A stretch of DNA of 64,000 bases, from assembly GCA_964016885.1 (NCBI GenBank), contig OZ024740.1:147436001-147500000 (forward strand). Reading direction: 5' to 3'. This stretch comes from Eledone cirrhosa. Its lineage: Eukaryota. The notes beneath the pieces were generated by a model. That model saw only the letters and a list, made by a program, of their open reading frames with translations, was not told where the DNA came from and searched no databases. The position numbers and the translations under genes are program-made. How positions within the stretch are numbered: position 1 is the stretch's first letter; every line of letters starts with the position of its first letter. Below are positions 59,794 through 64,000 of this stretch, piece after piece.

Positions 59794-62700
59794 ATGGAGA
59801 CTAGAACGTCATGTGACAGACTCTCACCCAACAGGTGCCCCCTGGCTCAGCAGCAGGAACCTGACTGTCAACCAAATACTGCTGATGTTGGAGGAAGAAG
59901 AAGAAGGAAAGGGGCCAGAACCAACTGGACGAAAGAATTGAATAGAACTGTTATGCAATGCTACCTGAAAAGTAACCCCAAGGAGAGGGGCTACAGGAGA
60001 CGGATGCATAACATCTGGAACGAGATTGGTTTATTTAAATTAGATGAACAAAAATTGGCCGGGCAGGCTCGGGTAATAAGAACTAATGGGTGGATAAGCG
60101 AGCTGGAACTGGAGGAACTGAGCAGAGAGAATGGCTTGGAGATGGCGGGTGTAGTATGCCAGACAAGCGAGCCAGTGGGAAATGAAGGTGAAGAGGTCCT
60201 GAGAACGGAGGAACCACCCGAAGCAGACAATGATCTGAATACTGAGATAAATAATACCTGGAACAGAGATACGGCCACTGAGGAGATGAATGCTGACGGG
60301 CTAGGACAAGATTCGGTTGACATCCTAAATTTAGTGGTAGATGAATTGAACAATGATAGTGGGAGACCTATGAACCTAAGATTTGTAGACAGGAAAAAGT
60401 TAAAAGAAACAACAGCTAAGGTAAACAAAGTCATCCCATACCTTGAGGCGAGGAGCCTTCACCAGTGCAACAATATCCTCAAAGCAACAGCAAATACGGT
60501 GAGGAAACTACTTGGTATAAAAGCGAGAGGAAACAACAGACAAGAAAGAGCAGAGCCGTGGTGGAAGAAGCGACTGAGTGGGCAAATCGGGGAAATGAGA
60601 AATGACATAGGAAAGCTTGAGTCACTACTGAATGGGACACTAAAAAACATAGGCACTAAAAATAGACTGGAAATAAAATACAAAACTAGGAGTAAAAAGC
60701 TAAATATTATCATAGAGGAATTGAAGCAACGCATTGTAGCAAAGAGTGCAAAAATCAGGCGATACGAGAACAGAGTCAGTCAGTATAAACAGAACCGCAT
60801 GTTCGACAACAACCAGAAGATGCTGTTTGGACAGCTTGAGGGGAAAGAAAGAGGCAACGACTTGATCCCTGGGGCGGAACAAACTAAAACATTCTGGAGA
60901 GGAATATGGGAGCAGGATGTTAGATACAATGCCCAGGCAGGGTGGATTGAGACAGTACAGAGGGAGATCGTTGAGCAGGCACAACAACAAACTGATTTGA
61001 GTATCACAGTTGAAACTCTTAAGGGGCAGGCCAAAAAACTAACCAACTGGAAATCACCAGGCCCAGATGGAGTGCAGGGGTATTGGATTAAACATTTAAC
61101 ATCCCTCCACCCGAAGCTGACGGCCATGTTCAATGACTGCTTGGTGTCGGGTGAGGTGCCAGAGTGGTTGACAAAAGGTACCACAGTTCTGATAATGAAA
61201 GACCGAATCAAGGGTAATGATGTTACCAACTATAGACCTATCACATGTCTGTCCGTAATGTGGAAACTGTTGACGAGCATTGTGTCTGAGGAAATCTACC
61301 ATCACCTCCACACAAACAACTTGTTACCGGACGAACAGAAAGGATGCCGAAAGAAGTCACGTGGTACAAAGGACCAGTTACTTATTGATAAGATGGTAAT
61401 GGGGAATTGCAGGAGGAGACACACTGATCTTGCCATGGGATGGATAGACTACAGAAAGGCATTTGACATGGTGCCTCATTCCTGGATCACCAAAAGCCTG
61501 GAGATCTTCAGGGTGGCAGATAACATCAGACAGTTGCTAGGCAGGAGTATGGGGTCCTGGGAGACAGAGTTGACATCAACTGGAGTATCCTTGGGAAGCG
61601 TGAAGATCAACAGAGGTATCTTCCAGGGAGATAGCCTGTCCCCTCTGTTGTTTGTCCTTGCCCTGATGCCCTTGACCATTATGCTGCGAAAAGTGAGAGC
61701 AGGATACAAGTTGGGAAGGGGAGAGCTTACCATCAATCACCTCCTCTTCATGGACGATCTTAAGCTCTTCGGGAAAAGTGAGAAGGAGTTGGATGTGCTT
61801 GTTGACACTGTCCGTATTTTCAGCAGTGATATATGTATGCAATTTGGTATTGGTAAATGTGGAGTCATTATGATGAAGAGGGGTAGGTTGAGCAGAAGTA
61901 ACGGGATCCAGATACCAACAGGTGAGATGATAAAGGAAATTGACTCTGAGGAAGGATACAAGTATTTGGGCGTTCTGGAGGCTGATGGCATAAAGAACAA
62001 AAAAATGAAGGAATTGTTAAGAACTGAATACATTCGGAGAGTAAGGAGCGTATTGAAGTCACATCTGAACAGCAGAAATGCCATAAGTGCAGTAAATTCC
62101 CGAGCTGTGTCTATTATTAGGTACAGTGCGGGAATTCTGAGATGGAATGTTGCTGAACAAAAAGAAATGGATAGGAAGACTAGGAAGCTATTGACTATCT
62201 ACAACATGTTCCACAAGAGGAGTGATGTCGATAGACTCTACCTAAGGAGATCTGAGGGTGGAAGAGGTCTTATCAGCATAGAGGACTGTGTTCAGATGGA
62301 GAAAAACAACCTATACAAATACGTGACCTATAGTAAGGAGCCAATGCTCAGAACTGTACTGAAGGAGGGGACAGTAGGCCAGGGGATGTCCAAGGAGGAA
62401 ATAACATCAAGGAGGAAGAGCAGCCTTAAGGGAAAATCCCTTCATAGTACCTTCTTTGAGAAAACTGAATTTGGAGATCCACAGACATGGAACTTGTTGA
62501 GAAGAGGAGACCTCAAAAAGGCTACAGAAGGAATGCTAATGGCTGCGCAGGAGCAGGCCCTCAAAACGAAGTGGTTGAAGCACCATATCTACAAGGAGGA
62601 GGCTAACCCACTGTGTAGGATCTGTGGAGAGAGAGAGGAGACTGTGGCTCACATTGTGTCCGAGTGTAAACACCTAGCCCAGACCCACTATAAGGGCTGG

Positions 62701-63186
62701 AGACACGATGTGATGGGCAGGGTGATCCACTGGCACCTGTGCAAAGTAAACAATTTACCACATTCTGAGAAATGGTATGAGCATAGGCCAGAGGCGGCGA
62801 TGGAGAACAATCAGGTGAAGGTGCTGTGGGATTTTAGGATACAGACGGACAAAAAACTGGAACACAATAGACCTGACCTGGTGGTTGTGGACAAAGAAAA
62901 AAGATCGTGCCTGATTGTGGATGTGGCCTGCCCGTTCGACACGAGAGTGCAAGAGAAGGAGAGGGAGAAAATTAACCGATACCAGGACCTAAAGTGGGAG
63001 GTGAAAAGGATTTGGAACTGCCATGAAGTCAAAGTGATCCCGATTGTCATAGGCGCACTGGGGACTATCTCAAAAAGTTTCCAGGGATGGTTAAAGAAAA
63101 TCGGCCCCTTCACGCTTTTTGGAACGCTTCAAAAGGCATGCTTGCTGGGAACAGCAAGAACCCTCCGATACGTCCTGAATATCTGA
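59794..63186 (+). CDS. R4/Dong-type ORF (RT + CCHC + RLE), copy C, apparently intact
   Basis: 1130 aa; all motifs present including HLLFMDD. Element about 59722-63290 with (TAA)n tail. Confidence 0.95.
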   Translation: METRTSCDRLSPNRCPLAQQQEPDCQPNTADVGGRRRRKGARTNWTKELNRTVMQCYLKSNPKERGYRRRMHNIWNEIGLFKLDEQKLAGQARVIRTNGWISELELEELSRENGLEMAGVVCQTSEPVGNEGEEVLRTEEPPEADNDLNTEINNTWNRDTATEEMNADGLGQDSVDILNLVVDELNNDSGRPMNLRFVDRKKLKETTAKVNKVIPYLEARSLHQCNNILKATANTVRKLLGIKARGNNRQERAEPWWKKRLSGQIGEMRNDIGKLESLLNGTLKNIGTKNRLEIKYKTRSKKLNIIIEELKQRIVAKSAKIRRYENRVSQYKQNRMFDNNQKMLFGQLEGKERGNDLIPGAEQTKTFWRGIWEQDVRYNAQAGWIETVQREIVEQAQQQTDLSITVETLKGQAKKLTNWKSPGPDGVQGYWIKHLTSLHPKLTAMFNDCLVSGEVPEWLTKGTTVLIMKDRIKGNDVTNYRPITCLSVMWKLLTSIVSEEIYHHLHTNNLLPDEQKGCRKKSRGTKDQLLIDKMVMGNCRRRHTDLAMGWIDYRKAFDMVPHSWITKSLEIFRVADNIRQLLGRSMGSWETELTSTGVSLGSVKINRGIFQGDSLSPLLFVLALMPLTIMLRKVRAGYKLGRGELTINHLLFMDDLKLFGKSEKELDVLVDTVRIFSSDICMQFGIGKCGVIMMKRGRLSRSNGIQIPTGEMIKEIDSEEGYKYLGVLEADGIKNKKMKELLRTEYIRRVRSVLKSHLNSRNAISAVNSRAVSIIRYSAGILRWNVAEQKEMDRKTRKLLTIYNMFHKRSDVDRLYLRRSEGGRGLISIEDCVQMEKNNLYKYVTYSKEPMLRTVLKEGTVGQGMSKEEITSRRKSSLKGKSLHSTFFEKTEFGDPQTWNLLRRGDLKKATEGMLMAAQEQALKTKWLKHHIYKEEANPLCRICGEREETVAHIVSECKHLAQTHYKGWRHDVMGRVIHWHLCKVNNLPHSEKWYEHRPEAAMENNQVKVLWDFRIQTDKKLEHNRPDLVVVDKEKRSCLIVDVACPFDTRVQEKEREKINRYQDLKWEVKRIWNCHEVKVIPIVIGALGTISKSFQGWLKKIGPFTLFGTLQKACLLGTARTLRYVLNI

Positions 63187-63384
63187 GGCTGCAGGTAGTG
63201 GCTTGATATTCAATCCAACGGACTTTCCAGTTAACCAACATCAATGACTGAGATTCAAGGAATAACAACAACAATAATAATAATAATAATTACTATTATC
63301 ATTAATATTCGAAAAACTCAGATTTATATTTCTTGTATTCAGTCATGTAGAGCGATAAAACTATTTATTAGTTATGTGTTTGTG

Positions 63385-63416
<32 letters not shown>

Positions 63417-64000
63417 CCTGCGCAAAACAGTAAGTGAAAACACTATTCTTGTCTCCTTTGACGTAGTAAACTTTTACACTAACATACCCCATAACTATGG
63501 AATAATGGCAATCCAGTACAGGCTAGACACTCACCTATCTGAAATACAAACACGCATCAACAAAAAACTTTATTATTGATCGACTCCGATTTACAGAATG
63601 GGCACAAAGGTAGCCCCCACATACACCAACTTAGTCATGGGATTCCACGAACAAAAAATTTACAACCAATCCCTTTTATTATTCGGAGATTCTTTCCTTA
63701 CACATCTTAAAAATAATTGGAAGAGATACCTAGACAATTGCTTTATACTATGGTAGGAAGACATGAATACACTCACTATTTTCAAAAATATGATAAACGA
63801 ACATTAACAATAACAAACAATTCGAAATGGAATCCAACTCCAAGGAATTAGACTTCTTGGATATCCTTATTTTTTAAAAAGATAGAAAATAGAAGCAGAC
63901 ATCTTTTATAAACCCACGGACTCTAAACAGTACCCTATTCACATCAAATACCCCAAAGCATACAAAACTTAACATTCCTTTTAATTTAACCAAACTTATA
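63417..64000 (+). mobile_element. Penelope-like RT fragment (degenerate, runs off window)
   Basis: LVSFDVVNFYTNIPH, MGTKVAPTYTNLVMG, WKRYLD, LDFLDI, DIFYKPTDSKQY; begins at (TA)n. Confidence 0.88.

Noticed and set aside
55202-63113. Minus-strand ORFs repeated in the R4 copies
   Set aside because: Antisense to the RT ORF; they recur only because the elements are duplicates.

Overview
AT-rich, microsatellite-laden animal genomic DNA; the repeat repertoire resembles coleoid cephalopods such as Octopus (inference, not provable here). Host genes: six coding exons of RFC3 (minus strand, 14823 to 2098, continuing off the left edge, with an E2F site upstream), a terminal ankyrin-repeat exon (46352-46950, minus), and possibly two short paralogous exons near 55.0 and 59.7 kb. 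The rest is mostly mobile DNA: a piggyBac with TTAA/TIRs, RTE, CR1, hAT and maT relics, tRNA-derived SINEs, non-autonomous Helitron pieces, stacked L1/Tx1-type retrotransposons, three R4/Dong-type RLE retrotransposons and many Penelope-like pieces with hammerhead ribozymes. Most notable: (1) three Tx1-type copies inserted serially, with readable 22-23 bp TSDs, at a Helitron 5' terminus; (2) two R4/Dong copies at the same codon position of two paralogous exon-like segments; (3) long palindromes folding back in hammerhead stem II; (4) a 132-bp tandem hammerhead unit. Boundaries of degenerate relics are approximate, and all homology calls are by eye.
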